This document shows, piece after piece, positions 32,960 through 45,009 of a stretch of DNA of 64,000 bases (its first letter is position 1; every line of letters starts with the position of its first letter). A program made the translations under genes and the position numbers. Below the pieces are notes generated by a model. That model was not told where the DNA came from. It saw only the letters and a list, made by a program, of their open reading frames with translations, and ran no database searches. The stretch is from the human T2T-CHM13v2.0 reference genome, Homo sapiens: assembly GCF_009914755.1 (NCBI RefSeq), contig NC_060930.1. One strand, written 5' to 3'.

Positions 32960-33930
32960 TTTTGTTTGCTTGTTTTAATTTTATTTTGTTATTGACAAAT
33001 CATAATTGTACATATTCATGAGGTACATAGTGATGTTTTGATCATATAATGTGTAGTGATCAGATCAGGGTATTTAGCATATCCATCATCTCAAACATTT
33101 ATTGTTTCTTTATGTTGGGAACATTCAATATCCTCCTTCTAGCAATCTGAAACTATATGTTATAGTTATAGTGATCCCACAGTACTACAGAACACTAGAT
33201 CTTATTCCTCCTACCTACCTGTTATTCTGCATCCTTTAACACGGTAGTCCCCAACCTTTTTGGCACCCATGACTGGTTTCGTGGAAGACTATTTTTCCAT
33301 GGACCAGGATGTGGGGGATGGTTTGGGGATGATTCACGCACATTACATTTATTGTGCACTTTATTTCTATTATTATTACATTGTAATATATAATGGAATA
33401 ATTATACAACTCACCATAATGTAGAATCAGCGGAAGCCCTGAGTTTGTTTTCCTGCAACTAGACAGTCCCATCTGGGGGTGATGGAGACAGTGACAGATC
33501 ATCAGGCATTAGATTCTCATAAGGAGCACACAACCTAGATCCCCTGCATGTGCAGTTCACAGTACTGACCTGACAGGAGGCAGAGCTCAGGCAATAATGT
33601 GAGCTCACAGGCACTGGCCTCCTGCTGTGTGGCCCAGTTCCTAACAAGCCACAGACCGGGTCCAGGGCCTGGCAGCTGGGGACCCCTGCTTTAATAAATC
33701 TCTTCATATCCCCCACCTGCTTCCCTTCCCAGACTCTAGTATCTTCTTTTCTACTTTTTACTTCTATGAGGTCAACTTGTTTGTAGCTTCCACATATGAC
33801 TGAGAAGATGCAATATGTAACTTTCTGTTCCTGGCTTATTTCACTTACCATAATGTCTTCCAGTTCCATCTGTGTTGCTGCAAATGACGGGATTTCATTC
33901 CTTTTTATGGCTGGATAGTATCCCATGGCC
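32960..33930 (-). mobile_element. L1MA-like 3' end split by MER1A
   Basis: ataattgtacatattcatgaggtacatagtgatg...ccacatatgactgagaagatgcaatatg...ctggcttatttcactta. Confidence 0.85.
33242..33688 (+). mobile_element. MER1A hAT-Charlie DNA transposon
   Basis: Termini cggtagtccccaacc / ggggacccctg; 8-bp TSD ctttaaca/ctttaata. Confidence 0.9.
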
Positions 33931-35532
33931 AACACCTGCGTTGGTGTGGCCTTTGTGTCAAGCCCACCCAGGAGCTTACAGTGCTAAGCTTGGAAACCAT
34001 AATGGCAGCCTGTCCGGCTTCCTGTCTGACCAGTAACTGCATTTTCAGACAGGAAGGTTGCTGGTCAGACAGAATTTAAACTCCACAGACTGAGGAGGTT
34101 GAGCCCTTTGCCCTCTACCTGTTCAGATCATGCCACTTGCCTGGTCTACTCTTTTCCCCAAAAGTCTATGTGTCTTTCAAAATCCTGTTGCACTTGCCTG
34201 CTTTTCCTGATCAACCCTCCATGTCTTAGGTACTATTTTGCCTCATGTTTACTGGGAACAGCCTCAATGGCTTGGCTGTGCACTGATTTTCCCATTTGTT
34301 CTTGACACAGATCATTCTTGGCTGGTAGCAATGCTGGCACCATCTCAGGGACAACCAATCATTACAAATTTCAACATACCTAGCCATGCAAAGGTAAGAA
34401 GCTGCTTTAAATTCCTTGAACTCACAAGGAGAATATACATATATATGATTACAAACATAAGATTATTATCATTGTGTATCTAGGGATGATTTCAAGCAGT
34501 GAGAGGTCCAGAGCCATTCTGACTGAGCCAAGGTGCACAGTTGAGTTTGTAGCCAAATAATTTAATTTGGAATTAAGTTGCTAAAGGAGAAACAACCATA
34601 ACACAGAGTAGCTCCTTCTACCCAGCGACTCAACTGTCATAAAAGGACACATTCAAGATGCCCCTGCCTCACTGAGTCATATCCCCAGGGACACTCTTTT
34701 GTTCAACGTCAGGAATTTGCTCCAGTTTCTGAAATGGTTGCTCACCTCCTTGACAGAAAGCAGAAGGAGTTCTGTTTCCTTGTTGTTTCCTGAAGGAAAA
34801 ACACTGACCTAAAATCCCTTTTGTCAATAAGTCTGGAAGGAACCCGTCCATGTGAGCGCTTTTTCCGGTCCCGCTGCGGTTGATTATAGCCTCAAAGGCT
34901 GTCACAGGATGTTTCTCTCCCAAGTATCTCAGGACCTCTCATCCCTCAGATGTCCTTGAATAACTCAACAGAGATGATGTCATGCTGCAGAAGCCTTCTC
35001 ACCTGCGTTCAAGGAGAATAACACACCTCCCTACGCCCGACCATGTAGCTTTGTCTTAAGTAGAGGATTCTACGTGTGTGCGTATGTACATATACATATA
35101 TTAGTACATGTGTGTATGTTCGTGTATATGTACACATATAAACAGGTGTGTGTGTGTGTTTGGAGCTTACCTACCACTACAGCCCTACACCAACACTGCA
35201 ACAAAATTATTCAGCTCACTGCTGCGGGCAACTTAACATTTCTGAGTACTGTGTACCGAGTAGCATGCCTCTGTCATATAATCCTGCATGACAGGTGCTC
35301 ACTTTACAGAGGAGCAAACTGAAGCTCAGCTCACCTGGCTCACAGGTGTCTGAGCTGCAATGCCAACTCCGCTCCATCTGGGTCCATGACCTTTCTCTGT
35401 TTCTTCTCCTGCTTCTCACTCAGGCTGTTTTGCTATGGAAGGCGCTTCTCCTTCCTCCCAATCTGCCCCCTTTTTAGAACCTGCTGAGATTCAGTTTCTT
35501 CCTGAACCCCTAATTTCCCCAGCCCTCACCCT

Positions 35533-35743
35533 TGGTGGGATGCTGGAGCCAGCTTGTACTGGCTCAGACTGACTCGCAGGAGCCAGCTGGTGGCATATCT
35601 TCCTACTCTGTGTTCAGTGGCATCACGCTGGGGGCTTGGAATTGGCTGTGGGGGAATATTTACACTTCAGAAATCATTAAGCAATACAAATCAGGGCTTT
35701 CTTTTTAGAAAGCCAGTGGTTAAACACTTACCAGTACAATCTG
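35533..35743 (+). mobile_element. MER63-like hAT-Blackjack fossil
   Basis: tgctggagccagcttgtactggctc...gaatatttacac...aaatcagggc...ttaaacacttaccag. Confidence 0.7.
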
Positions 35744-35949
35744 TTCTTCTAAAATTTTAAACTTGCATCCATTTGCAATGTATTGTTTCCTTTCAAGATT
35801 GTTCTTCACATGTGCAGGCCCCAGCTCGCAATTATATTACATAAATTTCTCTGGGGGGCGTCGCGGATTTTATTCCTCTACCGCTTAGCATTTTGAGAGA
35901 CTCAGCAATGTGAAACTAGAAGGCTTTAGTGAGCACTTGGTTAATAGAT

Positions 35950-36232
35950 TTTGTTATGTTTTGTTTTTGAGACTAAGTTTTGCTCTGTGACTCAGGTTAG
36001 AGTGTCATGGTGCAATCATAACTCATTGCAGCCTCAGATTCCAAGCTCAATTTATCCTCCTACCTCAGCCTCCTGAGTAGCTGGGATCACAGGTGCAGGT
36101 CATCATGCCCGGCTAATTCTTTATTTTTTGTAGAGGCAGGGGTCTCACTACATTTCTCAAACTGGTTTCAAACTCCTGGACTCAAGCAATCCTCCTGCCT
36201 TGGCCTCCCAAAATGCTGGGATTACAGGCGTG
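35950..36232 (-). mobile_element. AluJ SINE (diverged)
   Basis: Antisense dimer ending ttggcctcccaaaatgctgggattacaggcgtga. Confidence 0.9.
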
Positions 36233-36486
36233 ATAGATGTTGATGCATCAAATCTACGCTGATGCCCTTTGTAACGTCATGAGTATCAACTCAGCGATTC
36301 CGCCAGCTCTGACACATCTTCCCTGACACTTCCACTTGTGCCTAAAATTTGAAGAGTTAAAACCGAGTTTCCCATCCTCCCTGACCCCTCCAAACACCCC
36401 ATCCCACCCGTGGTGTCTCAACCACACCATTCTCCAGCTTCTCAGGCCTGGAGTTACTTGTGTCTTTACTTTTTTCTCTCACTACC

Positions 36487-36955
36487 TGTATTAGTTTCCC
36501 AGGGTTGCCATAACAAGTTACCACATACTAGGTGGCTTAAAACAAGAGAAATTTATTCTCTCACAGTTCTGGAATCTAGAAGTCTGAAATCAAGGTGTCA
36601 GCAGGGCCATGTCCCCTCTGAAGGCCCTAAGGAGGGGTCTTCCCTGCCTTTTCCTAGCTTCTGGGGGTTGCTAGCAGTCCTTGGCATTCCTTGGTTGGCA
36701 AGTGCGTCACTCCAATCACTGCTCTGTCGTCCCACGGCCTTCTGTCCTGTGTGTCCGTGTGGCTCTGTACTGTTCAAATTTCCCACTTCTCAGACACTGG
36801 TCATTGGACTTAGGGCCTACCGTAATCCAGTGTGATCTCATTTCAATTTGATTGCATCAGCAAAGACCCTATTTCCACAAAAGGTCACATACACAGGTAC
36901 CAAAGGTTAGGACTTGAAGATATCTTTTCAGGAGACACAATTCAATCCCCAACAC
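36487..36955 (-). mobile_element. MLT1C-like MaLR LTR
   Basis: tgtattagtttcccagggttgccataacaagttaccaca...ggtggcttaaaacaa...gacacaattcaatcc. Confidence 0.88.
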
Positions 36956-37675
36956 CATCCCAGCAGTCAACACTTGCTTTTTTGCTAATTTGCCTCAGAT
37001 CTGCTGCTTCCATAACATTGAGAATGCAGACACTCCCAGGAAACTTTCTCGGACTCTAAGGAGAGATGGTAGCACACATCCCTGTGGACGGTCTACCACT
37101 GGGATGACCAACCTGGCCACATGACCACTTTCCAGAAAGGCCTCTGACTTGACTCTACACTGCTGCATGCATCCGCTGATGCCACTATGGTCCTCCCGAT
37201 CACCTCCATTTGGTCCCCTCTCCAGTCGCTTTTCCTAGAGCCCAGTGTGTCATAAAATAGTTATTAATTCAGCCAAAAGGAATGCTCTGGTGAAAATGTC
37301 AATAAAATAATGTAGGAGAAAGAGCACCTCGAGAGACTTTTTCAGCGTGTATTCCTTGGTTCGTTTTCTTCCAAAGCTCTACAAAAGTACGGAATTCTGA
37401 GCCTTGCCCTGGAATCGGTAAATTAGAATTCAAGAAAGGGGATTTGGACATCTACATAGTTCTAAACTGTTTTATTGAGTAGCTCATAGTTTACATGGTC
37501 TGAAAATCCATGTGTAAAGTATATATACAGCAAAGCATTTAGACAGCATCCTTAAGGTCCTGTCCCCAGTCACCCTCTTCTCCCTTATCCCCTACATTGC
37601 TCATTATTTTTTGTTTTTCATGCAAATTCACATAAATATTAATATATATTTTTCCTTGTTTGTTGCAAAAGTATC

Positions 37676-37678
<3 letters not shown>

Positions 37679-37725
<47 letters not shown>
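37679..37725. repeat. (TA)n microsatellite within an old L1M remnant
   Basis: About 22 perfect TA units. Confidence 0.95.
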
Positions 37726-37729
<4 letters not shown>

Positions 37730-37941
37730 ACCTGCTATTTAATTTTTTTCATTTAACACTATTTCCTAAAGATCTCTTCATGTTAGTAGTATATAGGTAA
37801 ATATTCCCATTGCCTTTTTTATACTACACAAAATTCTTTTGTGTGGATCTATAATGGTTTAATTACGTATATCTTACTGCTTTACACTTGGGTTATTTCC
37901 TATTCCTTTGCTATTACAAACAATGAGACAAGAAATGATTG

Positions 37942-38273
<332 letters not shown>

Positions 38274-39143
38274 TTATTATACGTACAGGTGTATCTCTAG
38301 TATAGATGATCAGATGTGGGTTTCTGGATCAGAGGGTAAACGCACCTATAATTGTGTTGGGTATTGCCAGATGCCTCTCCTCAGGGACAAAGCCAACCAT
38401 GCATAAGAGTGTTGATTTCCACCATAGCATTACCAACAGAAAATATCAGATGTTTTGCTGATTTGACAGGTTAGAAATATTGTCTTGCTATAGTTTTAAT
38501 TTGTGCTTCTTTTATTATAAGTGAGGTTAGCATCTTTTCAAGTTTAAGAACAGATAAGCTACATTTTTAATAGAATCCTTGGGTGATTTTTATATACATA
38601 ACTCTCTAAAGCTTCTGGCCTAAAGCTAAAGAATTTGAAGGAAAAAAGGGTGCCATGAATGCTGATGCTGAGAAGCAGATTCCTGTCCAGCCTCCCTCTG
38701 AAGATGGTTAACAGCCCCTCTAGGAACCATTTCCCACTGAGCACAAGTTCTCCTGGGACTTTATACCCAGAGAGTTCACCTCACTCCACCCCCAGCAGCT
38801 GGACCAGCGGGTTTTGAGATAGGTTTTGTAAACCGTAGCCCATGACCCACTTCCAGGCTAAATAAGGTGTCAGGAGACACTGAGGATTCTGGGAGAAGGC
38901 AGGCTTGCTTTGGAGCATCAGCCCTCATGTTCTGTTTTCCCCTGACTTCAAGGGTCATAGCCTGTGCACTTCCCCTACCACGCAAGCCTTGAGGAGGGGC
39001 TTCACTGGCCATTTGGAAGGCTTTCCATAAGTCACTGGAGTTTGATGGGCATAAGAAATGCTATTTAATTCACACCTGAAAAGCCTCCTGTGTGACACCG
39101 CAGCTGAAGTGCAGAGGTGTGGCTGTTTCAGGTCCATATGTTC

Positions 39144-39253
39144 TAGGGCGACCCACCACCCTGGTTTGCCAGGACTGAAAGGTTTCCTGGGAAGTGAGAC
39201 TTTCTGTGCTAAAACCAGGACGGTCCTGGAAAAACCAGCATAGTTGGTCACCG
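39144..39253 (+). mobile_element. MER94-like hAT-Blackjack fossil
   Basis: agggcgacccaccaccctggtttgccaggactga...gctaaaaccaggacggtcc...gttggtcacc. Confidence 0.75.
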
Positions 39254-41109
39254 AGAGTGAGACAAAGGTACCTTTTTCCAAGGAGCAGGACATGAACTGT
39301 GGGGACATTGTCTAGCCATGAGTCATCTTTAAGGAGCTCCTATGCTAAAGGAGCACCTGGGAGGGGAGGGATCCCACAGAGGAGTGCACACAAAAATCCC
39401 AGGCCTGTGTGGGGCCACGGCAGCTGGCCGGAGAAGCACTGTCTGTGCAAGGAACTGCAGTCAGAGGTCCTTGGAGGGATCTTTTGGGAAACCCCAAAAG
39501 CTCCTCACTGAAGACGAGCTTGCACTTGCACATCTGCCAGAAGTCTCCGATGGCAGGTTACACCTGTACCAGCTAAGGATTGTGCCCTTTTTCTCCAGTT
39601 CCCTGTATGGACACTGGGATGTCCTGAGGCAGGATGAAGGGTTGGTGCCCTGCCGCTAGGACTGCCGCCTGCAGACAGCCCTCAGCTATCAGCTCCCAGA
39701 GGCCATGCTGCCTTCCTGGGGAGGCCAGCAGCCATTGGCCAACAGATGTGGGAGAACAAAGGCCTGGGCCCCTTGCCAAATGGGGACATCTCTGAAGGGT
39801 CATCCCAACTTCAAAACTCTCTGGGGTCAGCTGAGGCTCCATCGAGACTATATGGCAGCTCAGAGTTCCTTCCTCCCTTCCCCTCCCCAGGTGGTGTGGC
39901 CAGGTTTCAGTCCAGAGGCAGGCAGAGCAACTGGTCCAGAGTGAGTTCACTGGGGTCCAGAGGTTTTGGCTGACATCATGCTGAATTCAGCTCATTCAAT
40001 GTACCACTTACAGTAGCTCCACGACTCTTTCACTATCCCCAAGATGGGTAAAATAGTGCAATATCCGCACCTTATTTTACAAAACCTTCAACAAGAAAAA
40101 AAAAGATTCAAACTCTTTGAGATAAAGGTAGTCAAATGTCTAACCACAAGTCAGGATGTGGGGATTTTATCTGAGTCACTTAACCCAGTTAGTCATTAAA
40201 CCAGTTTGCCAAGCGAGCTTAAACTATCTCCTTAATAGAAATAATATGGACCCTGTGCTAGCCCTGGGCAAATGTGAATACTTGAGCTCTAACCTAGGCT
40301 TCTCCTGAACCTTTGAAGACCCCAAGACACATTTGGTCAGGGGACATAAGTGATGTTTGAAAAAGTCCTTCACATGTTTAGTTGAGGTCATGTCACTAAT
40401 GGCTCCAGAACAGAGACCTCAGCCTGGTTTCTTCCTGGATGTGGAAGGTTGCAGCCCCCTGCCCCCTCCCCACGTTCTCAGCAGGTGTTCCTGCATTGCT
40501 CTATTTCAGGAGTTTAGGAAGCCTAAGAAATACGTGTGTATCCAGCTCTGTTTTCACAACAAGGGTCAAACCAAAAAACCACAGGTCAAAAGGAACCAGG
40601 AAAAGGAAAAAAAAAATACACTTTATCCATAAAATGTATTTTTAAACATCTGTTTTTCCTGTGCAGCTGTCTGGCCTGATTCCTCTCCATTGAAGAGCAA
40701 AATGTTTTGTTCTTTTTAAATGTATAATAATTAAAAATAAATTTTGAAAACTTACCTCAGGACCAGAATTTTTTTTTAGAATTGGAAAAGATCTCATAAT
40801 TCATTTAATCCAACCCTTATTGTATGTAGGTGAAGAAATGACACCAGGAGGATGACTTGCTGGTTCGTGATGGGACTCACCTCTGCTAATGCAAGGGCTG
40901 ACTGCCATAATCACCTCGTATGTGGACATTTATGACATCCCAAGACTCATAATTTCCCTTGAGAAGTTCCAAGTTTAGTAGATGGAAAAGATGTTGCCTG
41001 CTCCAGGTAATACTGGAGACATTAGGTGATGTGCCTCAAATTTCACAGCTAGTAACCTTACATCCCTGTTCAAAATTCAATGGTTCTTCTACATTAGAGA
41101 TACAGCCTT

Positions 41110-41400
41110 TGGCCTGCCCCATCACTCTTCTCACCCCATCACTAGTCCCACCCTCTGCTGGCCCTACCCCTCTCTTGCCCCACCCTCTCTCTCGGGCCCC
41201 ACCTTCTCACTGACCTGTCTTTTCATTGGCCCTGCCCTTCCAATGGCCCTACCCTCTTCCTGGCCCCACCTTATCACTGACCCGCCTTTTCATTGGACTT
41301 GCCCTCTCACTGGCCCCACCCTCTTGCTGGCCCCACCTTCTCACTGACCTGCCTTTTCATTGGCCCTGCCTTCTCACTGGCCCCACCTTCTTGCTGGCCC
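41110..41400. repeat. C-rich minisatellite: 16-17-bp monomers forming three 67-bp units
   Basis: Units start at 41194, 41261 and 41328; monomer tggccccaccytctcac. Confidence 0.9.
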
Positions 41401-42180
41401 CTCAGGTCCTTCCATCCTCCCTCCTTGTGGTTGCATGGCTTCCCACATTCTGTGCCTCTGGTGGCACAGGGTTCCAGCACCATCATTAGCTGCGAGGGTG
41501 ATCCCTGCAAGTCCCCTGAGATTCGAAATTTACCTTCCTCCTCTGTGAAATGAGAAGACTGGACTGGCGCCCTTCTAAGGATGTCTGCTGGAGGTCAGGT
41601 CTCTGGCTCGGGACAGACACAGATGTGAGAGAATCGCACCACTCTTGCTGGACTGGCACACCAGGCCCACATAGTGACTCAGCCATGCAGCCCTCGGCCC
41701 CACAGGTTTCTTGGCTCACTTCCCTGACTCTCCTTTACTCCCTTTGTCTAATAACGTGTCTGAAAGTAAACCAGTTTCCTGGGGAACATTGTTTTCCCAT
41801 TATAAATTCCTTTACAGCAAGCACCAAGTGACTGGCTGTGCACTGGTTAAAGCTTAAGGGTATTTCCTGAAGGCTATATTCGGCCTGAGCAGATTTTTGT
41901 GTTTTTAATTGTTATTTTCCTAAGAGAAAAGGTCAATGGCTATATTGTTTAGAAAATAGATTCAAACTGGATACATAAATTTCAGTGGGAACGAGAAGGG
42001 TCCCAGGAAAGAGGAGTCCCTGACCATGAGCTGGGCATGTTAGGTCCACCGATTCATAAGGTCTCAGACCAGTTGCAATAGATGGTGCTATGGAAAGGCT
42101 TCATTTGGGATCAGGTTGGAGAAGGTGTGTGTGTAGAGGGGAGAGGGAATCTCCTCAAGTAAGCTACATGAGAAGGTGCC

Positions 42181-42539
42181 TAATACGGTATGGTTCTGTG
42201 TCCCCACCCAAATCTCATCTTGTAGCTCCCATAATTCCCATGTGTTGTGGGAGGGACCCAGTAGAAGATGATTCAATCATCTTCTTTCCCCTACTGTTCC
42301 CATGACAGTGAATGGGTCTCACGAGATCTGATGGTTTTAAAAATGGGAGATCCCCTGCACAAGCTCTCTTTTCACCTGCCGCCATCCATGTAAGATGTGA
42401 CTTGCTCCTCCTTGCCTTCCACCATGATTGTGAGGCCTCCCCAACCATGTAGAACTGTAAGTCCAATAAACCACTTTCTTTTGTAAATTGCCCAGTCTTG
42501 GGTATGTCTCTATCAGAAGCATGAAAACAGACTAATACA
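42181..42539 (+). mobile_element. THE1 (B/C-like) solo LTR
   Basis: tgtgtccccacccaaatctcatcttgtagctccc...gactaataca; perfect 5-bp TSD gtgcc. Confidence 0.93.
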
Positions 42540-43621
42540 GTGCCTCAGAACTCCACGTGGCTGATCTCTGAGCTACTGTAGCCTCTGCCTCTCCTCATAC
42601 CTATGGCCTCCTGGGTGTTCCCTATAACCTGTTAGGTGAGAGGACAGATAATTTAAAATGGACTTGAGGAGCAAAATGCCACATATCAAGTCTTGTTTTT
42701 AAGAAATTGTTACCAGCTGATGAAAATACACATGGAGTATCCACAATGCCTTTGGAACTGAACTGCTGTACTTATTCTTCCAGATTATTTCAGACAGTGA
42801 GGATGTTCTTTCCTATTTCCAATGAGTAAAAATAGAAGAGGGGAGAAAAAGCCAGGGCCTGAGCCAGCTTGTGGGCCTTTCTAGGTCACTATTTTATTGG
42901 TAATCATTTTTTCATAACTGTGTATTTATTCCCTATGGGTGTGTCCTGGATTCCATGGCAAATATCCTTTGATGACCACAGCAGTGTCTTCCGATGAAGG
43001 TCCAGGGCTGCATCCCAAACACCCCCACCGACAGCTCAGCCAACAGGACGGATCACGACTGAAACAGATGTTCTTGCTCCCCCGGCCAAAAAGTTGGAGT
43101 CCCTCCCTGGAGATGAGACACTTCCCTTTGACACCAGAAGCACCTTCCTGATTTCATCAGATGAGATACTTGTTTGGGGAATGACCCCAATGTCTTGCCT
43201 TAAGCAAACAAATAAAATGTTTGAATTTAGTGAGGGCATGAACCCGATATGTAAAATGTAGAGTTAGGAAAATTATATTGTATAGAAAATAGCACATTAT
43301 TTCCCTGGTGAGCCAGCAACCTCCCAAAATAATTGTGTAAAACAGAGGATAAAAAGAGCTCAGCAAGAAACCCTTATGTCCTCGAGAAGGCAACCAAATT
43401 GGAGAATGAGGTTTAGTATACGGTATTTCTCAACAAGAACTGTAAAACTGAATTAAAACCTGAAAGCAATGATAAAACTCTTACTAAAATATGTAGTCCA
43501 TGCATTTCTTCTGTGTGATTCTTCCGTGCGATTCTTTAGAACTGAACTGAACACCTTTGGAACTGAAAGACTCTACTTACTCTTCCAGGTTATTTCAGAC
43601 AATGAGGATGTTCTTTCAAAA

Positions 43622-43948
43622 TTAACGTGCTTCTCAAAACTTAACAGGCACATGAGTCGCCTGGAGATCTTGTTAAAATGTAGGTTCTAATTCAGCAGGT
43701 CCTAGGTAAGGCCCCAGATTCTGCATGTCTAATAGGCTCCAAGGTTTACACTATTCTTAAAGCAGTGCAGTCATTTCCAAGTGCAGTCATTGGATCACTT
43801 GTATGAGAATCTCCTAAGTGATCTGTTGAAAAACACAGATTCCTGTGCTCCACCACAGACTTACAAAATCCAGTGTTTACAGTGATTGCCCAGGAATCTG
43901 TATTTAACACGCTTACCAATGATTCTTATTAAAGCTTGAGAACTGACA
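43622..43948. mobile_element. Two MER5-type hAT-Charlie fossils
   Basis: gtgcttctcaaaactt...gatcttgttaaaatgtaggttctaattcagcagg; and gaatctcct...cagattcctgtgctccacc...cccaggaatctgtattt. Confidence 0.7.
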
Positions 43949-44524
43949 CTGTCTATGGATAAATGGCTAATTTGGGATAACTAGGAAACTTGTAGGAGAT
44001 GCCATGAGATTGTTGCACACCATGAAGAAGGTTTGGGCTGTGCTAAGTGGGTTCTTGTACTTTTACAGTAAGGAAAACTGCTAAGCAGTTAAGTGGCTGG
44101 GGCATAAATAGCAGGCGCTACCAAGTCAGGCAGTCCAGGTGACAGGGAAGGAGCTTACAGGAGCATTAATGATGATAGGATACTGTACTAATTTCTGTTG
44201 CTAAAAGAAACTATAATTTTCAGCATTGAGCAGATGTTCCTTACTTTAAAAAATAGTTATGATTTTGGAAAGTTGCAGAAAATTAAGTTTTTATTCTCTT
44301 ATCTTCTCATTGACTTCCATTATAATTTTGGAGCAGTTTTGTCATCATTTATGTGAATTCTACAATTGGTGGCGGGTCCTAGCATTTCGTTTTTATCATT
44401 TCTAGTCCTCAGTCTCCATTTCTTTGATGGAAGAGAAAAGAATTTGTAAACATATGCTAACTTTCATCAAGTAAGTTGCTTTAAAAAGTACAGTAAGTCT
44501 TTGTTCAAGATTACACTTGTTCGG

Positions 44525-44700
44525 TAATAATGGTAGCTGACATTTGCAATGCATTTATTACGCACAGTACTTGGAACTGTGACAAGTCAATTAAGTTTAT
44601 AATTTCAACCTATCCTAAAAACAATCATATGAATATGTGCCATTATTATCCCCATTTTCTGTTGCATGAATGAATTGCCCAAGGTCACATAGACCATGAG
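44525..44700 (-). mobile_element. MIR fragment
   Basis: aataatggtagctgacattt...cattattatccccatttt...ttgcccaaggtcaca. Confidence 0.6.
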
Positions 44701-45009
44701 GGGTCAAGGTCAATAAGGGGCCTGGTGCCGGGGCCTGAGGCCTTAACACTGTACTTCTTAGAGACGCTTATTGATTTAATCTTTAAACATTTTTTATTCA
44801 AGAAATAGATGTAATTTACTTAAATGCAGTGTTTTCAAATTTAGTCTTTTTTCTTTACTTTTTTCCTTTGATTCTCCATCCCACCTTTTAACCCATCATC
44901 TCATATGAACTACTCAGACAACCTCATAATTATCTTTCCATACTTTTCTAAGTTTATCTAATTCCACACACCCACACACATAAACATGCCTGTATGGATG
45001 AAAGGTGAC

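Noticed and set aside
41194-41400. CRISPR-like regular repeat
   Set aside because: Primate DNA, contiguous tandem units without unique spacers, no cas genes
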